NCBI GenBank assembly: GCA_963806225.1
Contig: CAWDXG010000004.1
Location: 1,856,001 to 1,920,000, forward strand
Direction of reading: 5' to 3'
Length of the DNA stretch: 64,000 nt
Source: an uncultured delta proteobacterium
Lineage (GTDB): Bacteria > Myxococcota_A > Polyangia > Polyangiales > Polyangiaceae
Under the pieces are notes generated by a model that ran no database searches, was not told where the DNA came from, and was given only the letters and a program-made list of their open reading frames with translations. Below are positions 33,212-42,961 of the stretch, in pieces. The position numbers and the translations under genes were made by a program. How positions within the stretch are numbered: the first letter of the stretch is position 1; each line of letters opens with the position of its first letter.

Positions 33212-34732
33212 ATGCGCTTCAGCCGGTTCGCTCTCTGGGTCGCAGCCGTCACGGCCGCAACAGCCGTGTTGCTCAGCACCAGGCGCGCCACTGCCTATCC
33301 CGACTACGCCTCCGGGTGCGACATCTGTCACGGCACCTTCAACTCGGGCACCTACGTCTCGTTGAAGGACGGGCAGAGCTGGGGTACCGACCTGATGAAC
33401 GGCCACCTCGACAACATCATCGGCGGCTCGGGTGGACAACGCTGCAATGTCTGCCACTCCGGCAGTGGCAAGTCGCTCGTGCCGCTGAACACCTCGAACG
33501 GCACCGGCTCGCTGCCCGTGCTCGGCTGCATGGGATGCCACGGACGCGCGGCGGACAATATCTCGTCGAACCCCGACTGGGGAAAGAAGACCGGCTATGG
33601 CGCGGGGCTCCGCCAGCACCACTGGGCGAACGGCGTGAAGATCTGCAACAACTGCCACAAGGATGCCGATCCCGCGCAGTACACGCCCGTCGGCGAGGAT
33701 GTGCTGCCCCCCTACTACGGCGACACCACTTTCCCCCTGATCCCGACCGATCCCTGCAACCCGGGCAGCAGCGAGGATCGCATCGCCTCCACGCTCGGGC
33801 TGGACAACGACGGCGATGACGCCTTCGACCTGTCCGATTCCGACTGCTCGTGCACGGCGACAACATGCGCCGCCGAGGGCAAGGATTGCGGCAGCATCTC
33901 CGACGGCTGCGGCGGCACCCTGGGTTGCGGCTCCTGCACGGCGCCGCAGACCTGCGGCGGCGGCGGCACGGCCAACGTCTGCGGCTGCACGCCCACGAGC
34001 TGCGCCGCCGAGGACAAGAACTGCGGAAGCATCTCCGACGGCTGCGGCGGATCACTGGACTGCAGCACCTGTGCGTCGCCAGACACCTGCAGTGGCGGCG
34101 GTACGCCCAACGTCTGCGGCTGTGCGCCGGACACCTGCGCTTCGCTGGGTGTCCAGTGCGGAGCCGTCGGAGACGGCTGCGGCGGATTGCTCGATTGCGG
34201 CGGCTGCACGCCGCCGGCGAGCTGCGCGGCCGGCGTGTGCGTCGATGCCGACGCGGGCACAGGCGCCGACTCGGGCGTTCCGGACGCGGCGGAAGCGTCG
34301 ACCGACGCGTTCGTCGATGCGCAGCAGGACGCCCCGGCCGAGGCAACCGGCGACGCGACAACCGGCGACGCGGCAACCGGCGACGCGGCAACCGGTGACG
34401 CGGCAACCGGCGACGCGGCAACCGGCGACGCGGCAACCGGCGACGCGACAACCGGCGACGCGACAACCGGCGACGCGACAACCGGCGACGCGCTCGCCGA
34501 AGCGACGGCGGGCGATGCGACGGGGCACGACGCGCTCGCTGAAGCGGCAACCGATGCGGGAGCGGCGGCCAACGACGCCGGCGCGAGCTCCGCGAGCTCG
34601 GGCGACAACGGCGGGTGCAGCTGCCACCTCGCTGGCGGCGGGCGATCCCCGGCGAGCGGCATGTGGCTGCTGGCACTTTCCGCGCTGCTGCTGTCGCAGG
34701 TGCGTCGCCGACGGCGAAACCGGCGCACCTGA
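33212..34732 (+). CDS. Secreted tetraheme c-type cytochrome with Cys-rich repeats, low-complexity stalk and MYXO-CTERM anchor
   Basis: GGAGGAG RBS; signal peptide; CDICH, CNVCH, CMGCH, CNNCH; 3x CG..SDGCGG.L.C repeats; GGCSC..TM..RRRRR tail. Confidence 0.8.
   Translation: MRFSRFALWVAAVTAATAVLLSTRRATAYPDYASGCDICHGTFNSGTYVSLKDGQSWGTDLMNGHLDNIIGGSGGQRCNVCHSGSGKSLVPLNTSNGTGSLPVLGCMGCHGRAADNISSNPDWGKKTGYGAGLRQHHWANGVKICNNCHKDADPAQYTPVGEDVLPPYYGDTTFPLIPTDPCNPGSSEDRIASTLGLDNDGDDAFDLSDSDCSCTATTCAAEGKDCGSISDGCGGTLGCGSCTAPQTCGGGGTANVCGCTPTSCAAEDKNCGSISDGCGGSLDCSTCASPDTCSGGGTPNVCGCAPDTCASLGVQCGAVGDGCGGLLDCGGCTPPASCAAGVCVDADAGTGADSGVPDAAEASTDAFVDAQQDAPAEATGDATTGDAATGDAATGDAATGDAATGDAATGDATTGDATTGDATTGDALAEATAGDATGHDALAEAATDAGAAANDAGASSASSGDNGGCSCHLAGGGRSPASGMWLLALSALLLSQVRRRRRNRRT
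34343..34492 (+). repeat. 15-bp tandem repeat x10 encoding (A/T)TGDA
   Basis: Unit (G/A)CAACCGGCGACGCG repeated 10 times in frame. Confidence 0.9.
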
Positions 34733-34747
34733 GACGACCGCGGCTGC

Positions 34748-35656
34748 CTAGCCGCCACCCTTGCCGAGCCGCTCTTCGAGCTCCTCGATGCGGCGCGGCC
34801 AGTCGCCCTTGAGCAGGCGCGAGAGCGCGCGATCGGCCAGCACGCGACCGCCCGTCTGGCAGCGCGGGCAGTAGTTCGTCTCGTTGTCCGCGTAGCGGAT
34901 GCGCTGCACCAGCGTACCGCACACCGGGCACGGCTTTCTGTAGCGCCCGTGCACCGCCATGCCCTCGCGGAACGCCGTCACCTTCTCCGGAAATCCGTCG
35001 CCCGCCTCGGCGCGCAGCCGCTCCGTCCACTTCGTCAGCACCTCGCGCGCCGCGGCGAAGAGCCGCTCGAGCTCGTCGTCGCCGAGCTGTGCCGTGCGCT
35101 GCACCGGCGACAGCTGCGCGCGGTGCAGGATTTCGTCCGAGTAGGCGTTGCCGATCCCGCTGAGCAGCCGCGGATCGGTCAGAGCGCGCTTGAGCGTGTG
35201 GTTTTCCCGGAGCAGCGCTTCGCGAAAGCCCGGAAAGTCCGTCTCCAGCGGTTCCACCCCGCCGCGGTCGAACTCCGACAGCGCCTCCGCGCCGCGGACC
35301 ACGTGCAGGCTCGCGCGCTTCTTCGTGCCCGCCTCCGTCATCAGCAGGCTGCCCTCTGGAAAGTCGAACGCCAACAGTCCCAGCTTCTTGGGGATCGCCG
35401 CGCCGCGTTCCCGCCAGCGGAACCGCCCCGCGATCATCAGGTGCATCACCAGGAACAGCTCACCCTCGAGCTCCAGGACGATGCGCTTGCCGATGCGCCG
35501 CACCCCCGTTACGCGCTTGCCGGTCACGCTCTCGATCGGTGGCTCGTAGCTCCGGAGGACGAACGGGCTCGCGATGCGCACTTTCTCGATCGGCTCCCCA
35601 ACGACAAGAGCAGTCAGCCGCTCCACGTACACCGCCACATCGGGTAGCTCCGGCAC
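34748..35656 (-). CDS. Fpg/Nei family DNA glycosylase
   Basis: N-terminal PELPDV, HLMIAG, GIGNAYSDEIL, zinc finger CPVC..CPRCQ. Confidence 0.9.
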   Translation of the reverse strand: MPELPDVAVYVERLTALVVGEPIEKVRIASPFVLRSYEPPIESVTGKRVTGVRRIGKRIVLELEGELFLVMHLMIAGRFRWRERGAAIPKKLGLLAFDFPEGSLLMTEAGTKKRASLHVVRGAEALSEFDRGGVEPLETDFPGFREALLRENHTLKRALTDPRLLSGIGNAYSDEILHRAQLSPVQRTAQLGDDELERLFAAAREVLTKWTERLRAEAGDGFPEKVTAFREGMAVHGRYRKPCPVCGTLVQRIRYADNETNYCPRCQTGGRVLADRALSRLLKGDWPRRIEELEERLGKGGG

Positions 35657-35700
35657 GGCGCGATCCTGCCCGACACCTCAGGCGTGCGATAGCCGTTTGT

Positions 35701-36327
35701 TCAGCCGCCGGGGCACGTCAGCACGAAGCCATCCAACCCGTTGCCGAAGACCTGCACGCACTGCTCGCGGCACGGCGTTCCCGTCGGGAAGCAGCCGCAG
35801 TCGAGTGTCTTCTTGCAGGCGTCCGGGAGCGGTTTGCAGGTGTAGCTGTTCGGGCCGCCGGTGTCGCTCAGGCTCACCTGGCAGTACGACGTCGTGCCGT
35901 CGCAGAAGCTCCACCCGCACGGGATGTCGTTCTGGGGTGGAGCGCACCCGCCCTGCTCGCTCTTGTCCACGCCCGCGGTGTGGGCGGCACATTCGTTGCC
36001 GTAGACCTTGCCGTCGCAGCCACAGACCGGATCGTACAGGAAGTCACACTTGCCGGGGCGCGGCCGACACGTCCCCTGCTGATCGTTGCGGCCGCAGCTG
36101 TCCGGCGAAAAATCGCAGAACGAGGCCGCTTCGCAGGTCGCGCCAGTGATGCCGCCGCAGACGCCACCGCCGCCCGCAGCGCCGGCGCTGCCACCGCTGC
36201 CCGCAGCCCCACCGGTCCCACCCACACCGGCAGTGCCGCCCGCACCGCCACCGCCCGAGGTGGTCGACCCGCCGCACGCGACGAGCCACGCCGCCGCCAG
36301 ACACCCGACCCATACCCGCACCCGCAT
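35701..36327 (-). CDS. Cys-rich lipoprotein with Kazal-type domain
   Basis: Lipobox LVAC, Gly-rich linker, CDFLYDPVCGCDGKVYGNEC. Confidence 0.8.
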   Translation of the reverse strand: MRVRVWVGCLAAAWLVACGGSTTSGGGGAGGTAGVGGTGGAAGSGGSAGAAGGGGVCGGITGATCEAASFCDFSPDSCGRNDQQGTCRPRPGKCDFLYDPVCGCDGKVYGNECAAHTAGVDKSEQGGCAPPQNDIPCGWSFCDGTTSYCQVSLSDTGGPNSYTCKPLPDACKKTLDCGCFPTGTPCREQCVQVFGNGLDGFVLTCPGG

Positions 36328-36380
36328 GCCGCGAGCCTACAGCCGTTCGCCCCTCCGGGCGAGGTCGGGCGACAGCTCGC

Positions 36381-38618
36381 TCAGACCCGTTCGATCCGCG
36401 CCGGCACGTTCTTGTGCCAGGGCGTGCCGACAAAGGGATCGCGATCGGCCGTGGAGGTGAGCTCGTTCGGAGCAACGCCGCCGGCGGATCCGGCATCGGG
36501 GTAGCCGACGCCCAGACCGTTGGGCAGCGCGACGTGTCCGGGTTGCATGGTGTCGGAGACTTCCACCTCGACGACCACCTGGCCGCGCCGCGTTTCGAGC
36601 CGCACGCGGTCGCCGCTCGAGACGCCCAGCTCTTCTGCATCCGCCGGACTCATACGCAGCGCCCCGCCGGCGTCCTGCTTCCGCCAGGCGGGGTCGCGGA
36701 TGATCGTGTTGGCCGTGAACGAGCGCCGCTCGCCGGCGGACAACACGAACGGGTACGCGCTGTCCGCCAACGGCTCGGCCGCGAGCTTGCCGACCTCCGC
36801 CAACATGTCTTCGAGCGCCAGCTCGAGCTTGCCGCTCGGCGTCGACACCCTCGCAAACACGTCGTCCCACGTGTCGACTGCAAGCACGAGGCCGGAGTGA
36901 TGGGACAGCATGGCTTCGAACAGCTTCTGCGCGGCTTCGACTGGCGAACCCTCGTAACCCGCACGACCAAGCGACGCCCCGTGCTGCATCGCGAATGCGA
37001 AGCAGAGCCCGTAGAGCACCGCACCCTCGCGCACCTCTTCCGGTAGAGACGGACCGAGCGTGCGGTACAGGAGCGTCGACGACTGCCCCGAGAGGCGCGG
37101 ATCGCCCATGACGCGCGCCATGAACGCCTGCCCGTAGGCGTCGAGCCCCTGCTCGGCCGCCTCGCGGAGCGGCGCGTAGTCCTCCTCCGACACGGCGCCG
37201 AGCGCTTCGCAGAGCCGCGCGTGGATCTCCGCTTCGGGCAGCGGCCCGGCAGGAGGCGGATACAGCCGCGCCCGGAGGTGGAAATAGTTGTCGGGGAATT
37301 CGAAGTTGAAGAAGGTCGCCTCGGCCTTCTCGAACTGGCTCGCCGCCGGCAGAACGTAGTCGGCGGCCTTCCCGCTCTCGCTCATCGCGACATCGATGAC
37401 CACAACGGTGTCGAGCGCCGCCAGCGCCTCCCGCATGCGTTGGCTGTCGGCCAGCGAGTGCACGGGGTTCGCGCCCTCGACGATCATGGCGCGGTAGCGC
37501 GCGGGATGGTCGGTCAGGATCTCGTCGGCGATCACGTTGCAGGGCACGAGGCCTCCGATGATCGGCGCGCCGACCACCGGGCTCCTGCGCTTGAGAGCGC
37601 CGTTGGTGAAATCGATGAGCGGCGTCGGGATGTAGTGCGTTCCCGGCTTGCCGAGATTGCCCGTCAGCATCCACACAAGGCGATGCAGATAGCTCGCCAG
37701 CGTGGAGTGGCGGTTCATCTGCACGCCGAGATCCTCCATGCTCGCCAGCCGCTCGGCGCGACCGATGGCGCGCGCTGCCTTCTCGACCAACGCTTGATCG
37801 ACGCCGGCGCGATGGCAGAACTCCGCGACGGGCAGCGCGGCGAAGGTCGAGACGACCTCGTCGACGCCGACGGCGTGAGCCGCCAGAAACGCGCGGTCGA
37901 CCAGATCCTCGCGGACCAGCATCGCGACCAGGGCGGACAGCAGCCAGGCGTCGGTACCGGGGCGAACCTGCAGGTGGATGTCCGCCAGCTCGGCCGTCTC
38001 GGTGCGCCGCGGATCGATCACGATCAGCGTGCGCTCGGGGCTCGCGGCGATCTGCTTCAGCACCACACGCGCGCGCTGGATCGAGTGCGAGTGCCAAGGA
38101 TTCTTGCCGACAAAGAGCGCAACGTCGCAATGCTCGAAGTCGGCGCGCGTGGCCGACCCCATCATTCGATTCGCGATCCAGAACTCTCCGGTCTTCTCCT
38201 GTGCGAGCGCGCTCGACCGGTAGCGCGATCCGAGCGCCCGCCGGGTCGCCGTTGAATAGGCACCGGGCAGGTGATTCCCCTGTCCGCCGCCGCCGTAGTA
38301 GAAAATCGTCCCGCCGCCATGCTCGTCGCGGACGCGAGCGAGTCGTTCGGCAACCTCGGCGATGGCCTGGTCCCATCCGATGGGCTCGAAGCTGCCGTCG
38401 TCGCGCCGCCGGAGCGGCGTCGTCAGCCGGTCGCGACCGTGCTGGTAGTAGTCGAGCCGGTGCGGCTTCTCGCAGGCGTAGCCCTGCGATGCCGGGTGCC
38501 GGCGGTCACCGCGGAAGCGCACCAGTCGGCGGCCGTCGGGCCCGCCCAGCTGCACTTCGAGACCGCAGTTGCACTCGCACAGGATGCAGGCCGTGGGCTT
38601 CCACTCCGCTTCGGTCAT
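36381..38618 (-). CDS. Molybdopterin-dependent oxidoreductase (DMSO reductase family) with Fe-S motif
   Basis: CILCECNCG..CEK, IDPRRTETA, GTDAWL, ADYVLPA, molydopterin-binding C-terminus. Confidence 0.9.
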   Translation of the reverse strand: MTEAEWKPTACILCECNCGLEVQLGGPDGRRLVRFRGDRRHPASQGYACEKPHRLDYYQHGRDRLTTPLRRRDDGSFEPIGWDQAIAEVAERLARVRDEHGGGTIFYYGGGGQGNHLPGAYSTATRRALGSRYRSSALAQEKTGEFWIANRMMGSATRADFEHCDVALFVGKNPWHSHSIQRARVVLKQIAASPERTLIVIDPRRTETAELADIHLQVRPGTDAWLLSALVAMLVREDLVDRAFLAAHAVGVDEVVSTFAALPVAEFCHRAGVDQALVEKAARAIGRAERLASMEDLGVQMNRHSTLASYLHRLVWMLTGNLGKPGTHYIPTPLIDFTNGALKRRSPVVGAPIIGGLVPCNVIADEILTDHPARYRAMIVEGANPVHSLADSQRMREALAALDTVVVIDVAMSESGKAADYVLPAASQFEKAEATFFNFEFPDNYFHLRARLYPPPAGPLPEAEIHARLCEALGAVSEEDYAPLREAAEQGLDAYGQAFMARVMGDPRLSGQSSTLLYRTLGPSLPEEVREGAVLYGLCFAFAMQHGASLGRAGYEGSPVEAAQKLFEAMLSHHSGLVLAVDTWDDVFARVSTPSGKLELALEDMLAEVGKLAAEPLADSAYPFVLSAGERRSFTANTIIRDPAWRKQDAGGALRMSPADAEELGVSSGDRVRLETRRGQVVVEVEVSDTMQPGHVALPNGLGVGYPDAGSAGGVAPNELTSTADRDPFVGTPWHKNVPARIERV

Positions 38619-38664
38619 ATCGGACAGTCTGGACAATATAGTCTCTTTATGCAACCATATTTGG

Positions 38665-39123
38665 ATGCGGCGGCGCTTCGACGACCAACGATGCTCGGTG
38701 GCTCAATCGCTGGAAATAATTGGGGATTGGTGGACATTGTTGATCATCCGCGACGCCTTCCTCGGCGTCCGCCGCTTCGCTGACTTCGAGGCCCGACTCG
38801 GGATCTCGAAGAACATCCTGACGCGGCGCCTCGCGCACCTGGTCGAGCACGGCGTGCTCGAGCGCGTCGACGCGGGCCGCCATGGGCAGCGCTACGAGTA
38901 CGTGTTGAGCGCGAAAGGCAGGGATCTGTTCACCGTGATCACCGCGCTCCGCCAGTGGGGCGACCGCTGGGTGTACGGCGAAGGCAACGAGCCGCTCGAA
39001 GTGCTCGACCGCCGCACCGGGCGCCCGATCCCGCGCGTCCGCGTGCTGGACGAAGAGGGGCAGCCCGTGCGTGCGCCGGATCTGGTCGTGCGCGAGCGCA
39101 CCGAAGGTGGAGCTACGGAGTAG
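38665..39123 (+). CDS. HxlR family winged-helix transcriptional regulator
   Basis: CSVAQSLEIIGDWWTLLIIRDAF..ILTRRL..YEYVLSAKGRDL..QWGD. Confidence 0.9.
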   Translation: MRRRFDDQRCSVAQSLEIIGDWWTLLIIRDAFLGVRRFADFEARLGISKNILTRRLAHLVEHGVLERVDAGRHGQRYEYVLSAKGRDLFTVITALRQWGDRWVYGEGNEPLEVLDRRTGRPIPRVRVLDEEGQPVRAPDLVVRERTEGGATE

Positions 39124-40477
39124 GCCGAACGCGATACACGTAGCCGTTCGAGTCGTCGGCGAAGAACAGGCTGCCATCGCGGCCGACGGCGATGCCGGTC
39201 GAACGCGCGATGCGGGTCACGCCGTCGGAAAGCTGGAAGCCGCCGATGAATTCCTGCCACTGCTTCGACGGGTCCGACCAGTCGACGGGTGTCTTCGGCG
39301 CGTCGCCGTTCATCGCCACATACGCGATGCGCGGCGGGGAGTAGTACTTGCCGGTCGTCTTGTGCCAGGAGCCGCGCACCGACAGGAACACGCCGCCCCG
39401 GTAGCTCTGCGGGAAGGCGTGCACCCCACCCTGCCCCGCCGGATAGAACGCCGCGCCGATGATCGTCGAATACGCGGGCATCTCGATCAGCGGCTGGACC
39501 GTCTTCGAGCAGTCGGCCCCGCTCACGTAGGCGTGGTGGTTCTCCTCGCACTCGGGCCAGCCGTAGTCGGCGATGCCGGGATGCAACGTCACCCCGTCGA
39601 AGAACTCGTACGGATGCCCCGTCGGCAGACTGTCCTGCCCGGCCCCGCCGGCCCAGAGCGTGCCCGTCGCCGGATTGATCGCCAGCGCGATCGCATTCCG
39701 GAAGCGCGTCGCGCGCGTGGTCATGTTCTTGCCGTCGGGATCCATCTGCTGGATCGTCGCGCGCGTTGGGTCGATCTCGGTGCAGGCGTTGCACGACGAG
39801 CCGACACCCGCGTACAGCTTGCCACCGCCGAAGACGACCGATGTCGTCTTGTGCACATCGCCGTCGCTGTTCGGCGGAATGCCGCCCTGGCGCACCTGTG
39901 CGATGGCATTGCCTACCGAGCCGCTGGTATCGGCGTCCCTGTACGGCATCGCATAGATCCCGTGCTGCGACGAGACATAGACCGTGCACGTCGACCCGGC
40001 GAACGCGACGCCCTGCACTGGTGAGTCGTTGATGGTCGCAAACACCACCGGCTGGCCCGCGCCGCTGTCGCGATCCGCGGCGGGCACCAGGTACACCGAG
40101 CTGTTGCTCGTCCCGACCAGCAGATCGCCGTTCGGCAGCGCCGAAAGCTCGCGCGCCTTCGGCACCCTCGCGATCACCTCGAGCGAGAACCCACTCGGCA
40201 CCGTCAGCGCCGGAGGCGACGGCAAACCCGTGGCCGGCGGAGCCGTCGATGCAACCGATCCGTTGCAGTCCGCGGGGAGCGGCGCGGCTTCCTTGCCGCC
40301 ATCCGTCGGCGCGGTTCCGCCGCTGCCACCAGTCGCGGAGCCACCCGAGCCCGCAGAACCGCCCGAGCCACCGCCCTCCGCCGAGGCGTCTCCCTGCGTC
40401 GCGGAAGACCCACTGCCACCGCACCCCGCGAGCAAGACGACCCCGGTTCCAAGACACAAGGCGCTCCAGAATCTCAT
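39113..40477 (-). CDS. Glucose/sorbosone dehydrogenase-like beta-propeller lipoprotein
   Basis: Lipobox LAGC; VPSGF, GVGSSCNAC, FRNAIAL, DYGWP, RGSW, DGSLFFADD. Confidence 0.85.
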   Translation of the reverse strand: MRFWSALCLGTGVVLLAGCGGSGSSATQGDASAEGGGSGGSAGSGGSATGGSGGTAPTDGGKEAAPLPADCNGSVASTAPPATGLPSPPALTVPSGFSLEVIARVPKARELSALPNGDLLVGTSNSSVYLVPAADRDSGAGQPVVFATINDSPVQGVAFAGSTCTVYVSSQHGIYAMPYRDADTSGSVGNAIAQVRQGGIPPNSDGDVHKTTSVVFGGGKLYAGVGSSCNACTEIDPTRATIQQMDPDGKNMTTRATRFRNAIALAINPATGTLWAGGAGQDSLPTGHPYEFFDGVTLHPGIADYGWPECEENHHAYVSGADCSKTVQPLIEMPAYSTIIGAAFYPAGQGGVHAFPQSYRGGVFLSVRGSWHKTTGKYYSPPRIAYVAMNGDAPKTPVDWSDPSKQWQEFIGGFQLSDGVTRIARSTGIAVGRDGSLFFADDSNGYVYRVRPTP

Positions 40478-40556
40478 CGTTCACCTGCCAAGCGAGCTGT
40501 CCGCGTCCATGGTCAACGACGCGGGCAGCAGACGTCAAGGCAGAGCCCCGGGCTTG

Positions 40557-42443
40557 TCACATCACCGGCGGTCGCAGCGACACACTCGAGCGCGGCGGCG
40601 GATACAGAAGCGTGAGGTGATACGTGCCCGAGTCGAGCTCGCTCTTCACTTCGAGACCGCTCCTGTGGAAGACGCCTAGCATCGAGGTGTTGGAGCAGAG
40701 CACGTCGGCGACGAAACCGGACAGGCCGCGCGCGCGGCCGATCTCGGCCATGCGCTGCATGAGCATCGTGCCGATACCCTTGCCCTGCAGATTGTCGCGC
40801 ACCACGAATGCGATGTCGCCGAGGTTCGTGGCGGGGTCCACGTCGTAGCGAGCCATCGCCCAGATGTCCTCCGGATCGTCGGCGGGGCAGACGAGCAGCG
40901 CCATGTTGTGCGCGTAGTCGAGATCGACCAGCTTCTGCATCTCTTCGTGCGGATGGCTCTTCTTGTAGTGCATGAAGCGCGAGTAGGTGCTCTCGTCGCT
41001 GAGCCGGTAGAACATATCCTGCAGCTTCTCTTCGTCGCTGATGCGCACCGGGCGCACCAACACCTTCTCGCCACTCTTGAGCTCGACCACGCGCTCCTCT
41101 TCCCAGGGGTACGCGGTGCGCGAGGCAACCTGATCCGGAAACACGTAGTGGCGCTCTTTCGCCGCGGAGAGCAACTCGCCGCGATAGTCCGGGTGCGCGA
41201 TGTCGATCAGCGCCGTCGTACGCTGGCGGATGCTCTTGCCCCACAGATCCGCGATGCCGTACTCCGTCACCACGTAGTGCACGTCACCGCGGCTGGTCAC
41301 CACCCCGGCGCCCGCCTCCAGCGCCGCGCAGATGCGGCTGAGCGAGCCGTCCTTGGCCGTCGAAGGCAGCGCAATGATCGGCTTGCCACCGTCGCTGCGC
41401 GCCGCGCCGCGGATGAAGTCGACCTGCCCGCCGATGCCGGAAAAGAAGCGCCCCATCAGCGTGTCGGAGGCGACCTGCCCGGTCAGGTCCACCGCCAGCG
41501 CCGAGTTGATGGCGACCATGTTGTCGTTGCGGGCAACCGTGAACGGGTCGTTCGTGAACTCGCTCGGACGCATCTCGACCACGGGGTTGTCGTGCACCCA
41601 GTCGTACAGGCGCTGGCTACCCATGATGAACGAAGTGACGATCTTGCCGGGAAGGAGCGTCTTCTTCTTGCCCGTGATCACGCCACCGTCCACCAGGTCG
41701 ATGACGCTGTCCGAGAGCATCTCGGTGTGCACGCCGAGGTCGACGCGATCGCCGAGCGCCTCGAGCACCGCGTGCGGGATACGCCCGATACCGGTCTGCA
41801 ACGTCGCACCGCTCGGCACCAGACTGGCCACCAGCCGGCCGATCTCGCGGCAGATGTCGTCCAGCGGCTCGATTGCGAGCTCCGGCAGCGGGGAGTCGAC
41901 CGGGACGAGGTGCGCGATGTCGCTCACGTGCACCATCGAGTCACCGAGCGTGCGCGGCATGCGCGGGTTGACCTCGGCAATGATGAGCTCCGCGCAATCG
42001 ACTGCAGCGCGCACGATGTCCACCGACGCGCCCAGGCTGACGAAGCCGTGGGCGTCGGGCGGGCTCACCTGGATCATCGCCACGTCGATGCGCACCCGCC
42101 GCGAACGGATCAGCGCCGGGATCTCGGACAGGAACACCGGCATGAAGTCCGCGCGCCCCTCCTGCACCGCCTTACGCACGTTCGGGCCGATGAAGAACGC
42201 CGTGTGACGGAAGCGCCGCTCCATGCCGCGCTCGACGTAGGGCGCCTTGCCCAGCGTGAGCAGGTGCGTGATCTCGTTGTCCGCCAGGTGCCCGCCGTAG
42301 GTGATGAGGCCGTCCACCAGCGACCCGGGCTCGGCCGCCCCGGAGCCGATGAAAATCCGGCGACCGCGTGGAATGGCCTTGATGGCCTGCTCGACACTGC
42401 TGACGCGGGAGGCGTAACGCTCCTGCCAGGTCTGCTCGCTCAT
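40557..42443 (-). CDS. Acetyl-CoA hydrolase/CoA-transferase fused to a GNAT acetyltransferase
   Basis: GSGAAEP, QTGIGRIP, GVHTEM, SGIGGQVDFIRGA, VVTEYG; C-terminal GNAT (RLSDES..RF, QGKGIG, N..ML). Confidence 0.9.
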   Translation of the reverse strand: MSEQTWQERYASRVSSVEQAIKAIPRGRRIFIGSGAAEPGSLVDGLITYGGHLADNEITHLLTLGKAPYVERGMERRFRHTAFFIGPNVRKAVQEGRADFMPVFLSEIPALIRSRRVRIDVAMIQVSPPDAHGFVSLGASVDIVRAAVDCAELIIAEVNPRMPRTLGDSMVHVSDIAHLVPVDSPLPELAIEPLDDICREIGRLVASLVPSGATLQTGIGRIPHAVLEALGDRVDLGVHTEMLSDSVIDLVDGGVITGKKKTLLPGKIVTSFIMGSQRLYDWVHDNPVVEMRPSEFTNDPFTVARNDNMVAINSALAVDLTGQVASDTLMGRFFSGIGGQVDFIRGAARSDGGKPIIALPSTAKDGSLSRICAALEAGAGVVTSRGDVHYVVTEYGIADLWGKSIRQRTTALIDIAHPDYRGELLSAAKERHYVFPDQVASRTAYPWEEERVVELKSGEKVLVRPVRISDEEKLQDMFYRLSDESTYSRFMHYKKSHPHEEMQKLVDLDYAHNMALLVCPADDPEDIWAMARYDVDPATNLGDIAFVVRDNLQGKGIGTMLMQRMAEIGRARGLSGFVADVLCSNTSMLGVFHRSGLEVKSELDSGTYHLTLLYPPPRSSVSLRPPVM

Positions 42444-42961
42444 GATTGTCCTCTGCGTTTCGTCTCGATGAGTTCCAGCAGCCGCGCGAGGGCTTCGCGA
42501 TCGTCGCGGCCGGTGGAGGTCACGTCAGGGTGCTCCGGCACTTCGTACTCAACGTCCGCGCCCGGCACACCCCTCAACTTTCCCTGTCGCACCGCCGCGT
42601 ACAGCCCCTTGGCGTCGCGGCGCTCGGCTTCCGTCGCGGACACGTCAACGTACACCTCCAGGAAGGCTCGCGCTACGTCACGCGCTCGGTCGCGGAAATG
42701 GCGGAGGTGCGCCGTGGCCGGCACCAGCACCACGAAGCCCTGTCCAGCCAGTAGCGCCGCGAGGTTCGCGAGCGTGGCGTAGAAGGCGTCGCGCGCCGCA
42801 GCGTCGTAGCCGGGCTCCGGCCGGAGCAGAGCGCGCACCGCGTCGCTGTCGAGCATGAGCGTGGGCGTGTGGCGCTGCTCGAGCACTTCGCGGACGGCAG
42901 CGGCCAGCGTCGACTTCCCCGACGAGGGGCGCCCCGTGAACCACACAACGACTCCGGTCAC
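42440..42961 (-). CDS. cysC: Adenylyl-sulfate kinase (CysC-like)
   Basis: WFTGRPSSGKST, LDSDAVR, RDAKGLY, YEVPEHPD; GTGA overlap with the upstream stop. Confidence 0.8.
   Translation of the reverse strand: MTGVVVWFTGRPSSGKSTLAAAVREVLEQRHTPTLMLDSDAVRALLRPEPGYDAAARDAFYATLANLAALLAGQGFVVLVPATAHLRHFRDRARDVARAFLEVYVDVSATEAERRDAKGLYAAVRQGKLRGVPGADVEYEVPEHPDVTSTGRDDREALARLLELIETKRRGQS

Noticed and set aside
31469..33658. N-terminal 730 aa of the 1340-aa ORF 29636-33658
   Set aside because: Antisense to the ASST and cytochrome genes; the real gene likely starts at ATG 31468
34343..34492. Possible CRISPR array
   Set aside because: 15-bp head-to-tail units without spacers, in frame within a CDS; no cas genes
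20945..42961. Sulfatase-like + ASST + APS kinase as one sulfation pathway
   Set aside because: The genes are about 10 kb apart in separate units, ASST is PAPS-independent, and the sulfatase-fold protein lacks the formylglycine motif
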